From positions 118,161 to 173,283 of IMG/VR virus record IMGVR_UViG_3300029305_003293: 55,123 nt of DNA. One strand, 5' to 3'. Of the stretch, positions 16,733 to 26,318 are shown piece after piece. This DNA is from a virus (taxonomy: Duplodnaviria; Heunggongvirae; Uroviricota; Caudoviricetes). The stretch's first letter is position 1; each line of letters begins with the position of its first letter. Position numbers and translations under genes: made by a program. The notes under the pieces were generated by a model that saw only the letters and a list, made by a program, of their open reading frames with translations, had not been told where the DNA came from and searched no databases.

Positions 16733-17158
16733 ATGATGTTTTTGGGTAACTGGGCTGGCCGCAAGTTATATGGAGTTAACTGCAGTGAATATAGAGATAT
16801 GTATCAGACCAGAAAGCTTGAAGAAAATATTGGCTATGTTTTGGCAGATAATAATAACTATATTGTAGTTAATCGAGAAGTAGTTGGTCAGCTTAATCAG
16901 AATACGGTTAGACCAAATAAGGGTAAAATGCCTGCTTGGGCAGATGCAGTTGGATTTGCTGTAGCGTCTACGCCTGTTGTGATTACTGAGAGACCTACAG
17001 TTGAAGCTTTAGCTAGTAAGAATAAGGTTGTAGTTAAACCTACTCCTATTGATGAACTTGCAGCTGAAGGAGAAGCAAAGTTAAAGGCAGTAGTTGCTGA
17101 AGGTAAAGTAAAAACTACTAGAAGGCGTTCTACTACTGCTAAAAAGGTAAGAGAATGA
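16733..17158 (+). CDS. Hypothetical protein with a basic tail
   Basis: 141 aa; AAGGAG RBS. Confidence 0.75.
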   Translation: MMFLGNWAGRKLYGVNCSEYRDMYQTRKLEENIGYVLADNNNYIVVNREVVGQLNQNTVRPNKGKMPAWADAVGFAVASTPVVITERPTVEALASKNKVVVKPTPIDELAAEGEAKLKAVVAEGKVKTTRRRSTTAKKVRE

Positions 17159-17258
17159 GGAGAATAGTGAGAGAGGGGTGCCCGATCGGCCTACCTAGTC
17201 TCTCCTTCTCTTTTATCCGTTATCGTTATCGTAAGTAACATACTTGTGTAGGGTTAAT

Positions 17259-17291
17259 AAAAAAGCCTGTCTGAATGTCAGACAGGCTTTT
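17259..17291. terminator. Bidirectional terminator between convergent genes
   Basis: AAAAAAGCCTGTCTGA/TCAGACAGGCTTTT. Confidence 0.8.
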
Positions 17292-17303
17292 ATTTTTTTT
17301 TAC

Positions 17304-17738
17304 TTACATAATTCGGGCTACAAAACTCCGAATGACATCTTCGTCAGACTTGCACTCACAATCGCAGCTACGCTTGTGCGCCTGCGCATGGAAGGCATTT
17401 CCAATCTCATCGAAGATCTTATCGACCATATTCTTCATATAGATATCGAAATCGCAATTTTCCTGCTCCAGATAACTCTGGACCACCCACTCGACATCCT
17501 TGCCGGTCAGCTCGCCATTCAGCATGCGGTTGGCCAGCTCGGCGATCGCAGTGCCAGTCTTCTCCAGCTCAGCACGAGCCTTGGCCTTAGCCTCTTCCTC
17601 CGCCTTGGCCTTCTTCTCTTCGAGAGCCTTATGCTCAGCCTCAGCCGCATCCAGATGCTTAGCGAATTCGGCAGTAATCTGTTCCATAGTCTTACCATTC
17701 TGCAGATCCTGCAGCAGCTTCATCTCAAATTCAGTCAT
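17304..17738 (-). CDS. Coiled-coil hypothetical protein
   Basis: 144 aa; A/E/K-rich helix. Confidence 0.75.
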   Translation of the reverse strand: MTEFEMKLLQDLQNGKTMEQITAEFAKHLDAAEAEHKALEEKKAKAEEEAKAKARAELEKTGTAIAELANRMLNGELTGKDVEWVVQSYLEQENCDFDIYMKNMVDKIFDEIGNAFHAQAHKRSCDCECKSDEDVIRSFVARIM

Positions 17739-18268
17739 ACGCGTATCTCCTTTTATCTGTTAGTCTCTTGTTCTTTCCTTACCTTACATATATATTATAA
17801 CAAAAATTTTTAAGAAAATCAATGGGCCGATCGGCGAGTCCAAGGGTTTGTGGTGAAAAGAAACGGCCCCTATTATATTTTACCAAAAATTAAAAAGAAA
17901 GTCAAATTGGCGGCTTTTCAAGCCGCCTGAAGAAGTTGTCGAGCTCTCGTTTTTCCTCCGCCTTTTGCTTGCCACAGCTTAGGAAATGAAGAGCAAATTC
18001 AAGGGCGCGGTGCGCATATGGGTGGCCTTCGGTCACCCGATCGGCGTGATAGAGTTGTTTGATCGGCATTTTGATTCAACAGAAAAATTCGCATATGCTA
18101 GGGTTGTCCGATCGGCGGGGCCAGGATACCCCGGTTTCGGGATTCAAGGGTAAATGTGCCATATACTTGCATTCAAGGGAAAATTTTGCATATATGGAAA
18201 AATTTGGGAAATTCGGGCCGAAGCGCCCGCGCCCGGCCCGCCATTATACCACAAGGGCCTTGGATTTG

Positions 18269-18523
18269 TCAATACCCAAAATGAAAAAAAAATTTGGCGG
18301 ATGCATAATCCGCCATAATGGAAGCGCACACGGCGCAGTTTGTAGCACCTTCGGGGCATTCTCCACCCCATTGGCAAGGGGCGTCCAGTTGGACGGCCTG
18401 GCTTAACTGTTCGGGATGAAGCCGAAAATATCGACTGATTGCGCTTTTCTTTGCGTCGCTGGAACACTCGCCCAGCACCACAATATTTTCACCGCACACA
18501 TTTACCATCCAATGCTTTGCCAT
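18269..18523 (-). CDS. Hypothetical protein
   Basis: 84 aa; coupled to the upstream HAD gene. Confidence 0.6.
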   Translation of the reverse strand: MAKHWMVNVCGENIVVLGECSSDAKKSAISRYFRLHPEQLSQAVQLDAPCQWGGECPEGATNCAVCASIMADYASAKFFFHFGY

Positions 18524-18524
18524 T

Positions 18525-19016
18525 TTACATCACCAGCCCTTCCAATTCCTTGCAGTAATCGTTGGTCGCGTCAATCGTGAACCAACCAGAAACAGCATCC
18601 CATTCGTCCCGAATCATGCGGTTATCATCAACAAGCACCTGCGTGCCACCAATCAAGGAAGTCCGGCAGAAGTTTTCATAAACAAACTTGAGCTTGCTTT
18701 CACCATACGGCAGGCAGTGGAAGTTGTGCGCCAGTTCAGGATAAAATCGTTTAATCCAGAACCGCTTGACCTGTTCGACCTTCGCAAAGAAAGTGCTGTC
18801 CTTATCTACGCCCATCGGTGCCCATGTTACAACACCCACATCCCAACCGTGCGCAATCAGTGCTTCAATGGCCTGATTGATACGATAAGGATTATACATC
18901 GGCTCGCCATCGTAGAACACATTGGGGTTTTCATCCTGCAGTTCTTCAAGCCAGTTCGGGATGTTGTAGAGGTCGTAGAGAGTGCCGTCCATATCAAACC
19001 ATACAGTCTTTGCCAT
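18525..19016 (-). CDS. HAD-family phosphatase (5'(3')-deoxyribonucleotidase-like)
   Basis: WFDMDGTLYDLY, VVTW, K and LVDDN motifs. Confidence 0.8.
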   Translation of the reverse strand: MAKTVWFDMDGTLYDLYNIPNWLEELQDENPNVFYDGEPMYNPYRINQAIEALIAHGWDVGVVTWAPMGVDKDSTFFAKVEQVKRFWIKRFYPELAHNFHCLPYGESKLKFVYENFCRTSLIGGTQVLVDDNRMIRDEWDAVSGWFTIDATNDYCKELEGLVM

Positions 19017-19085
19017 TTGGGTTTCCGCCTTTCTTTATCTTACATACAGATTATAGCATATTTTTTTAAGGATGTCAAGGGAAAA

Positions 19086-19259
19086 TTATAAACTTTCCCA
19101 ATCTTCCCAACTGTCGAAACAACTTGCGAAGTCATCGCACTCTTCCATGGGGTCATTGATGTAGCAGACACCATCCTCAAAGTAAGGACAATCCCAACCA
19201 TTAACCGGGCAATAGATCGTTTCGCCCTTGTGCTTGCCGTTGCTCTCCTTGATCGCCAT
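19086..19259 (-). CDS. 57-aa Cys/acidic mini-protein
   Basis: GGGAGG RBS; CPVNGWDCPYFEDGVCYINDPMEECDDF. Confidence 0.65.
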   Translation of the reverse strand: MAIKESNGKHKGETIYCPVNGWDCPYFEDGVCYINDPMEECDDFASCFDSWEDWESL

Positions 19260-19420
19260 CCAGGATCCCTCCCTCATTTGATGGTATAAGTATACCACTT
19301 TTGGGATCAGAAGTCAAGCGTTTTTGCGCGAAAAAGTGAAAAAAAATACTTGAAAACCCCAAAAAATCGGAAAAACTGGGCGTCTGCGCTCGCAAACGCC
19401 CAGCCAAAGAGAAAAACCGC

Positions 19421-19825
19421 TCACTTTTTGGGTGAGCGGTGGCGTGTGAGGGTCAAACTGTATAAATTTTCACCGATTTTGAATGAAATTTCACGCTCAG
19501 GGTTTACAGTTTCGGCATTTTCTGCGCCGATCTGCGCATTAGTTACAAGAAAATGCCACAATTCTGTAACAATCAAGCGTTTTTCGTTGTCGGGCTTGCG
19601 TTCCCTCTTGGGCTTGCCTTCAAGAGAAAAATCGGTGGGCTTGCGCTTGCCCTTGGTCATTTCTTTGACCACGGCTTGCTTGCTCGGGTCAAGGTCAAAG
19701 GGCTTGACCTTGCCTGCGTCAATGTCGTGATCGTCCATCCACATTTCCAGTGCTTCCTCTCGTGTGATCTCAAGGCTTGCCATAGTCTTGACGATCCACG
19801 ATTCTGTGGGCCTGGGGTAAGCCAT
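19421..19825 (-). CDS. Hypothetical protein (paralog of 22988)
   Basis: ITREEALEMWMDD..RERKPDNEKR..NPEREISF..YSLTLTRHR. Confidence 0.75.
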   Translation of the reverse strand: MAYPRPTESWIVKTMASLEITREEALEMWMDDHDIDAGKVKPFDLDPSKQAVVKEMTKGKRKPTDFSLEGKPKRERKPDNEKRLIVTELWHFLVTNAQIGAENAETVNPEREISFKIGENLYSLTLTRHRSPKK

Positions 19826-19864
19826 ACGCTACACTCCCTTCATCTGTGGCCGGTAGGCCGGGGC

Positions 19865-20227
19865 TTATGCCCCGGCTACCTTGAAGTAGGCGACGTGCTT
19901 GACCACATCACGTTCCACATCGCCGGACTTGACAAGCTGAGTCATCAGCGCAGACACCTTCTGAGAAGAAGTCTGCATCGGGTCAAGTCCCATGAACACC
20001 ATCAGCTCCTTGATGGTGGTCGGTTCACCCTTGCGAGCCATCGCATCGAGCATAGCCACCTTCAGGTGCTCATTCTCCTGCTGAGTCTTGGTCGGCTTCT
20101 TCTCAGCGGAGTTGCGCTTGATCTGCTGTTCGCGCAGAGCGTTCAGCTTTTCACGGACTTCCTCAGACAGAGCGGTGCAAGCGATAGCCATTTCCAGAGC
20201 CTTGACGTAGGTGATCTTGTTTTCCAT
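19865..20227 (-). CDS. Coiled-coil plus winged-helix protein (paralog of 23459)
   Basis: KKPTKTQQENE..TIKELM..SSQKVSALMTQLVKSG. Confidence 0.8.
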   Translation of the reverse strand: MENKITYVKALEMAIACTALSEEVREKLNALREQQIKRNSAEKKPTKTQQENEHLKVAMLDAMARKGEPTTIKELMVFMGLDPMQTSSQKVSALMTQLVKSGDVERDVVKHVAYFKVAGA

Positions 20228-20794
20228 TTACCATTACCTCTTTCTTGATTTTGTTTCGCTCTCTTGGAGCTTCTTTAGTTTACCACACTTTGGGGCTTTT
20301 GTCAAGAGGTTTTTCAAATTTCTTTGAAAGTTTTTCTGCGGTTAACCCTCTCATTCGCACCATCGAAGAGTTAGGGTACTGTTTCAGAATGGTAGTGTTG
20401 GTGAAGGTGCTTGCCACTCCCTCGCCCTCTTGACACTCTTATTCTACCACACTTTGTGTGATCTGTCAACCCTTTTTCAAAACTTTTTTTAAAGTTTTTT
20501 AGGTGCGGTTGGTGGGGACTTCTCCCCACCCGGCCAAGAGCTCCCCTACGGCGTTCAGAGCCATCCCTGTTGGATGGTTGGCTTTCAGTTTCCCTTGACA
20601 CTATCTATTATACTCATTTAGGCCCTGGATGTCAACGGCAAAATGCACAAAGTTTTGGGAAATTTTTTGGTAGATCTGCCAATTGACAATTCGCCAGGAG
20701 ATCTGCCAGGGCCTTCCAAAAACGCAAATACCGGCCGCGTGGATCGCGCGCGGCCGGCCAAAAAGGAAAGGCTGATCCGCAGATCAGCCCCTGT

Positions 20795-20971
20795 TTATGG
20801 GGTGTAAACTTGTTCATGTCCGCTTGCTACCAAAAGGCAGTTTGCGCAATTACCTTTGCAGGTTTCTTTGTTGTCGGGGAACCATAAACCGCGGAACTCT
20901 GGAAGTTCGCAAGGGTTAAGATCTTCCCAGTTTTGATTGATACAAATTTCAATCAATTCGTGTAAATACAT
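20795..20971 (-). CDS. 58-aa Cys-containing mini-protein
   Basis: GGAGG RBS; MYLHELIEIC..CKGNCANC. Confidence 0.6.
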   Translation of the reverse strand: MYLHELIEICINQNWEDLNPCELPEFRGLWFPDNKETCKGNCANCLLVASGHEQVYTP

Positions 20972-21024
20972 CCGCCTGGCCTCCTTTTGTTTATACCTTA
21001 TTATATCACGTTTCGGGGAGGGTG

Positions 21025-21687
21025 TCAACCCTCTCCGAAACAATTTCGGCGCATCTTCTTGTGTTGCTTCAAGCAGTACCAAAAAATCTGGCATTCGATG
21101 TCCACATCTTCCATGGCCTTGTGCTCTTCCTCAAAATCCTCATCCTGCATGATGTAGCGGTACAGGATTTCGGCAGTCTTGCGGAGTTGACCATTCTTGC
21201 AGATGTAGCCGTTTTCCTCGCAGAATCGGCGGTAGCTTGCCTTGGTCAAGATCACGTCCTGCGCCATCTTCATGGTGTCCCACAGTTCCACGCCCTTGGG
21301 GAAGAAGTAGCGGTACTTGCTCGCGGTTTCGTACCGCTGGGTAGTGGTGCAGGAGCGATAGTCAAACCGCATATTGTGGGCGATGATTGCCTTGACGTTG
21401 AAAAGCTCGCACATTGCGCGGAACGCTTCGCGGATTTCGTACCAACTTGCCACGATGATTTCACCGGAAGCAATCTGTGCTTCATATTCGGGAATCTTGT
21501 GGGCGTAGTAGGCAGAGGCCATCAGGTCGGACATGCCGTAGAACACATCCCTGTTGATGTAGTTGCCGTGGCTGTATACATTGCCGTGTCCGTCAATGAT
21601 AGCCCACGCAACATTGTAGCAGATGGGGCAGTTGATAGTGTTAGCAGTTTCGGTGTCGAGAAGCAGGTACAGGTGGTTCTTGTTCAT
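21025..21687 (-). CDS. DEDDh 3'-5' exonuclease
   Basis: LLLDTETAN, IIAHNMRFD and EEEHKAMEDV motifs. Confidence 0.88.
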   Translation of the reverse strand: MNKNHLYLLLDTETANTINCPICYNVAWAIIDGHGNVYSHGNYINRDVFYGMSDLMASAYYAHKIPEYEAQIASGEIIVASWYEIREAFRAMCELFNVKAIIAHNMRFDYRSCTTTQRYETASKYRYFFPKGVELWDTMKMAQDVILTKASYRRFCEENGYICKNGQLRKTAEILYRYIMQDEDFEEEHKAMEDVDIECQIFWYCLKQHKKMRRNCFGEG

Positions 21688-21758
21688 GGGGCATTCTCCT
21701 TTGTCATTTTGTCTTGTCCCTTAGGACTTTCTTATTGTACCACAGGTTGGGGTGAATG

Positions 21759-21986
21759 TCAAGCGTTTTCTTGAAGTTTTTTTAATTCTTCAAGAGTTTC
21801 CGTGTAATTGAAGGTCTTGCAGGTTCCGAAGCGAGAGGAATCAAAGATCATGATATCTACATCCCTACGCCCACGGGTATTGATAAATGCGACCTCAAGA
21901 TGATCAGCCTGATCCCACAGGCAGTGATAGTGATTCACGCGGATGTGATTGAGAACACTTTCCAGATCGGCCAACTTCATACTCAT
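21759..21986 (-). CDS. Hypothetical protein
   Basis: 75 aa; own promoter and RBS. Confidence 0.65.
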   Translation of the reverse strand: MSMKLADLESVLNHIRVNHYHCLWDQADHLEVAFINTRGRRDVDIMIFDSSRFGTCKTFNYTETLEELKKLQENA

Positions 21987-22139
21987 TACCTCCTCTTGAT
22001 TACGATATTATTATAGCACTTTCGGGATGATCTGTCAACACTTTTTCCGCAACTTTTTCAAGAAATTTTTACCCAGGACCAGGAACTCAGGCAAATTCGG
22101 CGCGTGGCCACCGACCACGCGCCGTCAAAAAGAAAAAGA

Positions 22140-22307
22140 TCAGCCTTTGCTGATCTTCTCCTGGAACAACTTCCAGATCGAGTCGTCGGAACACTTGTCG
22201 CAGGGCATCCCGTTATCACAAGGATAGTTACCATTTTCATCGGGTCGGCATCCGTAGGTCTCCCGCAGGTGCTTGCCCCATTCGGCAAACAGTTCTTTGT
22301 TGGTCAT
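22140..22307 (-). CDS. 55-aa Cys-rich mini-protein (not in the ORF track)
   Basis: AAGGAGG RBS; MTNKELFAEW..GCRPDENGNYPCDNGMPCDKCSDD. Confidence 0.65.
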   Translation of the reverse strand: MTNKELFAEWGKHLRETYGCRPDENGNYPCDNGMPCDKCSDDSIWKLFQEKISKG

Positions 22308-22358
22308 ACCGATCAACCTCCTTTGATGGTACTATTGTACCACAGGGAAAGGGGCGTG

Positions 22359-22949
22359 TCAAGCCCCAATCCCAATTTTGGCGAGAATTTCATCGGCCTC
22401 TTCAAGGTCAAATTCTACACCAGCAAAGCGGTCATTGTCCACGAAACAGGCCGAGCCAAACTTGCCGATGTAATGCGCGCGCATTGCGCTTTCTGCGCGG
22501 ATGGTCTGCGCGTGGTCTATGGCTACATAACAGCGATTGACCACCAGCCGAACCTGTTCGCCCAGATTCTTTGAATAGTCGCGGACTTCATCACGCATTC
22601 GCTGGACGATATCGCCGGATGTGCCAATCTTCGCCCACAGTCGGGACTTGTCCGCATCCCTGAGAATTTCCAACAGATAGAAGGTTTCGCCATTCCACGG
22701 CGTGCAATTCCAGTCGATGAAAGCATCATACTTGCTGTTTCTGCGAGTGGCAAGAGCGTCAAGAATGCGCTTGACAAACTTCTTTGTATACAGTCGCGCA
22801 GTCTCTACCAATTCGTACAACTTGCGGATGGTCGAATACTTGTTATAAAGTTCAACCATCTTATTATAGATAGCCTTGCGCAGGTTGGTTGTGTTGGCAT
22901 TCATCAGTTCCGTATGAAGGGCTTCAAAATTCTTTACCGCGTTGACCAT
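22359..22949 (-). CDS. GIY-YIG/T5orf172-like nuclease-domain protein (tentative)
   Basis: FYLLEI..WAKIGTSGDIVQRM..RAE pattern. Confidence 0.5.
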   Translation of the reverse strand: MVNAVKNFEALHTELMNANTTNLRKAIYNKMVELYNKYSTIRKLYELVETARLYTKKFVKRILDALATRRNSKYDAFIDWNCTPWNGETFYLLEILRDADKSRLWAKIGTSGDIVQRMRDEVRDYSKNLGEQVRLVVNRCYVAIDHAQTIRAESAMRAHYIGKFGSACFVDNDRFAGVEFDLEEADEILAKIGIGA

Positions 22950-22987
22950 TTTTTCATTCTCCTTTTGTCATTTTGTCGGGGAAGGCT

Positions 22988-23389
22988 TTACGCCTTCCCC
23001 TTGTCCTTTGGGGGTCGGTGGGCGGTCAAGGTCACGCTGTAATGCGTGCCGTTCAGGTGGAAGTCTACCTGCCGTTCGGGGTTGATGACTTCGGCGTTGT
23101 CGAAGTCCTTCAGCGCGTCCATCAGACAGTCAATCAGCAGTCGCTTGTCCTCGTTGGGCTTGCGCTCGCGCACGCGCTTTTTGCCGTTCGGGTCAACGGT
23201 GGCCTTCGCGCCAACCTTCAGCAAACCGTTCTTCTTTGCCTTGTCGGCCATCTCGCGCATTTCATCGGATTCATAGTCGCTGTTGTCATCTTCCCACAGC
23301 TGTTCAGCTTCCTCGCGCGAGATTTCCAACTTCTCCATGTAGGCTCGAATTTCCTTTTCCTTTTGGGTCATACCTTTCACCTCCTCCAT
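22988..23389 (-). CDS. Hypothetical protein (paralog of 19421)
   Basis: ISREEAEQLWEDD..RERKPNEDKR..NPERQVDF..YSVTLTAHR. Confidence 0.75.
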   Translation of the reverse strand: MEEVKGMTQKEKEIRAYMEKLEISREEAEQLWEDDNSDYESDEMREMADKAKKNGLLKVGAKATVDPNGKKRVRERKPNEDKRLLIDCLMDALKDFDNAEVINPERQVDFHLNGTHYSVTLTAHRPPKDKGKA

Positions 23390-23458
23390 TATATTACCAC
23401 AGTTCTATCACATTGTCAAGGGGTCGGGGGAAAGTTTTTCAACTTTCCCCCTTTGGGG

Positions 23459-23824
23459 TCAGCACACCGCCTTGAAATAGGCGGTGTGCTTGATGACCTC
23501 GCGCTCAACCGTGCCAGCCTTCACCAGCTGGGTCATCAGGGCGCTAACCTTCTGCGAGCTGACCTCAAGGGGATTCAGGCCCATCAGGGTCATCAGCTCC
23601 TTGATGGTCAGGGCTTCGCCGTGGGCGGTCATCGCGTCCACCATCTGACCCTTGAGAACCTCGTTCTCCTGCTGGGTCTTCGTGGGCTTCTTGTCCGCGG
23701 TGTTCCGCTTCATCTGCTGGGCGCGGAGGGCATCGAGCTTCTCGCGCACATCCTCGGGCAGGGCAGTGCAGTCGATAGCAACGGTCAGGGCGTCTACGTA
23801 GGTGAGCTTTTCGGTGTTCTTCAT
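23459..23824 (-). CDS. Coiled-coil plus winged-helix protein (paralog of 19865)
   Basis: KKPTKTQQENE..TIKELM..SSQKVSALMTQLVKAG. Confidence 0.8.
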   Translation of the reverse strand: MKNTEKLTYVDALTVAIDCTALPEDVREKLDALRAQQMKRNTADKKPTKTQQENEVLKGQMVDAMTAHGEALTIKELMTLMGLNPLEVSSQKVSALMTQLVKAGTVEREVIKHTAYFKAVC

Positions 23825-24161
23825 CAGGCATTACCTCTTTCTTTTTTTTTGTGTTCCCTCTTGGAACATCTTTATTCTACCACATCTTGTGGGGCTTGTC
23901 AAGGGGTTTTTGAAACTTTTTTTTCAGTTTTTCAGGTTCGTTGTCCTGCTGGGTGGTTTCCCTAACCCCTCCTGACATGATATAGTATAGCACAGGTGGC
24001 CCTGGATGTCAACACTTTTATACACTTTTTTAGGTGTAATTTCGGGAAAAAGATCGGGCAGATCTGATCTGCCCGATTCGCCAGGAAATAGCCCAGGCCC
24101 TCCCGAAATCGTAAAAACTGCGCGCAAACGTTCGTCCGCGCGCAGTCGAAAAAAGGGAGGC

Positions 24162-24338
24162 TTACGCCTCCCCGATGTCATCGAGCACCTGTGTGATACC
24201 CTCAGCCTTACACCATTCCTCGAACAGTTCCCGCACCTTTTCTTCAATCACCTCGGGCACGGACCAGCCATACTGATGGACGAGCACAAAGGCCATGCCG
24301 TCCATGATCTTGAACGCTTCGCTCAGCTTGATCTCCAT
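24162..24338 (-). CDS. 58-aa acidic mini-protein (not in the ORF track)
   Basis: GGAGG RBS; MEIKLSEAFKIMDG... Confidence 0.65.
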   Translation of the reverse strand: MEIKLSEAFKIMDGMAFVLVHQYGWSVPEVIEEKVRELFEEWCKAEGITQVLDDIGEA

Positions 24339-24470
24339 CTTACATTACCTCCTGATGATTAAAATAGGTTTCCGCATCGAATGCCTCATCGAACCAGTTC
24401 CGCAGAGCCTTGAGTACCTTTGCCATTTTGTCTACCTCCTTTTGACATTGTTATTGTATCACAGAAGGGG

Positions 24471-24758
24471 TTAATTGTCAACCCCTTTTTTCTTTTCTTC
24501 GACAATTCTTTTTGCTCGGATAATGCCAAGGCGACCAAACGAACCATCTTTTTCAAGCTGTGCGCTGTAGAAACTAACGATCCATTGATTCGGAGAGTCC
24601 AGGTTGCTGACATAATAACAGTTATTTGCGTATACGCCCTTTGTGCCATCCTCATACCATACTCGGCAATAATCGCGATATCTCGCGAAATGCTTTTCGG
24701 CGATCTCTCGCAGTTCTTTAGGCTTGGGCTCATGAGTCAAAGTGTAATAGCGTGCCAT
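24471..24758 (-). CDS. Hypothetical protein
   Basis: MARYYTLTHEPK...; GGAAAGGG RBS. Confidence 0.65.
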   Translation of the reverse strand: MARYYTLTHEPKPKELREIAEKHFARYRDYCRVWYEDGTKGVYANNCYYVSNLDSPNQWIVSFYSAQLEKDGSFGRLGIIRAKRIVEEKKKGVDN

Positions 24759-24763
24759 ACCAA

Positions 24764-24988
24764 TCACCATCCCTTTCCAGTCCACACATACTTGATGTAT
24801 CCGAAATCACCATTGGCGCGATCTCCCGGCATGTTGATGTGCGCCACATAGCCGAACAGTTCCAGATTGTAGAGAATCCGCAGGAGATCGGCGCGAGACA
24901 TAAACAGATCGAGAACCATCACGCGCAGACGTTCGCCGTGTTCCTTGCTCTTGAGATATCCCAGCACCTTATTTTCAGTAGCGGTCAT
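24764..24988 (-). CDS. Small winged-helix-like protein
   Basis: MSRADLLRILYNLELFGYV helix-wing pattern. Confidence 0.55.
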   Translation of the reverse strand: MTATENKVLGYLKSKEHGERLRVMVLDLFMSRADLLRILYNLELFGYVAHINMPGDRANGDFGYIKYVWTGKGW

Positions 24989-25156
24989 TGTGATTACCTC
25001 CCTCATTTGATGTATTAAGTATATCACTTTCAGGATGATCTGTCAATAGGTTTTTTGTAAGTTTTTCAAATTATTTTAGTTCCAGGGCCTATTGTATCGC
25101 AAATTCCGAGCGCGCCGGTCGTGCGCGCTCGGCTCAGAAAAAAGGGAAAAGGCTTG

Positions 25157-25513
25157 TCAAGCCTTCTCCCAAATTTCTTTCGCCTTTTGATAGCATTCGC
25201 AGTTATCACCGTACTTGGTAATGTAATCATGCCCGAGATGGCGACCTTCAATTCGGAACTCCTTCAAACCGCCATCCCACAAGCACACCAGCAACTGAAG
25301 CAGGTGTACCGGCACGAACAAGAGCAAATACACAGGCCAACCAATTTTACAGTCCCGGCGATAATCGGGATTGCCCTCGGGAGAATAAGCGCCAGTTTCA
25401 GTCAGAGAGTAAGAGCAAAAGTGCTGAATCCATTTGACAGCAGGAATGTAGTCGCGGATGTAAGTCCAGTCGTTCAGAGAAATCTTCTTAGTCATTGTAA
25501 TGACCTCCTTCAT
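25157..25513 (-). CDS. Hypothetical protein with one hydrophobic segment
   Basis: PVYLLLFVPVHLLQLLVCLW; start probably MTKKIS. Confidence 0.65.
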   Translation of the reverse strand: MKEVITMTKKISLNDWTYIRDYIPAVKWIQHFCSYSLTETGAYSPEGNPDYRRDCKIGWPVYLLLFVPVHLLQLLVCLWDGGLKEFRIEGRHLGHDYITKYGDNCECYQKAKEIWEKA

Positions 25514-25557
25514 TTGATGTCTTATTATACCACAGGAAGAGGGGTTTTGTCAACCCC

Positions 25558-25770
25558 TCAAATGAAACTTTCTTCGGTGGTCAGGTTAACATAGTTCCAA
25601 GATACCTTGTCTCGCTTTTGCAGATCCAGCAGGCTATTGATGTAAGCTCGAGCTTCCTGTTCATCTTCCGTAACAAGATGACCGCGTTCACAATTAGCGA
25701 GAACTCTCTCGCCACGATAATTGGTAATTACCATCCAACCGAAAGCAGAAACCGTGAACTTCTTAGTCAT
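25558..25770 (-). CDS. Hypothetical protein
   Basis: 70 aa; GGAGG RBS; promoter. Confidence 0.65.
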   Translation of the reverse strand: MTKKFTVSAFGWMVITNYRGERVLANCERGHLVTEDEQEARAYINSLLDLQKRDKVSWNYVNLTTEESFI

Positions 25771-25959
25771 TGTAGCATCCTCCTTGATCGAGGGCTCTTG
25801 TCCCTCCTGACATTATGTATTATACAGTATTGGGATCAGAATGTCAACCCCTAAAACGCACTTTTTGCGAAAAAATTTTCTGAACCCAGGCCCTACGCGA
25901 AAACACCGCGCGCTCGCAGGCAAGACGCCCGAGAGCGCGCGGCTGACAAAAAAGGGCGC

Positions 25960-26223
25960 TCAGCGAGTGAGCACCCATTCGGGGAGGAATCCCCACACCT
26001 GCGAGAGGTGGCAGGTGGTCGCGGTGGCGGTGTCATAGACACAATCGCCGTCGCAGTTGTAGAACCACTTGCGGTGGTTGATGTGGGCGAGATCGCCGTC
26101 GAAGGTGATCTCGATGGTCTGTCCCGCAGAACCCCAGGAGCCGCGACCCGCGAACAGGATGGAGTTGCGGATGACTTCGAAACCGTAGTTGTTGATCAGA
26201 GCAGTAGCGACGAAGTTCTTCAT
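25960..26223 (-). CDS. Hypothetical protein
   Basis: MKNFVATALINNYGF...; RBS; promoter. Confidence 0.65.
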   Translation of the reverse strand: MKNFVATALINNYGFEVIRNSILFAGRGSWGSAGQTIEITFDGDLAHINHRKWFYNCDGDCVYDTATATTCHLSQVWGFLPEWVLTR

Positions 26224-26318
26224 AGTGGGGATCCCCTTTCTTGCGGAGGGCTCTTGTCCCTCTCTCGATGGTCTTATTATAGCAGAAAAGGCTTGATCTG
26301 TCAAGCCTTTTCTAAAAA

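Noticed and set aside
8061-17291. Shared CTGAATGTCAG core in two terminator hairpins (8072 and 17271)
   Set aside because: Only two copies, both explained as terminator loops; not enough to claim a separate element.
1152-17822. CRISPR array
   Set aside because: The repeats are promoters separated by whole genes of variable length, and no cas genes are present.
18059-18406. 115-aa plus-strand ORF in the left border
   Set aside because: TTG start without an RBS, runs through repeat motifs and antisense to a real gene.
19553-23965. Long plus-strand ORFs 19553-20248, 21022-21774 and 22973-23965
   Set aside because: Shadows of GC-rich minus-strand genes that have their own RBS and promoters.
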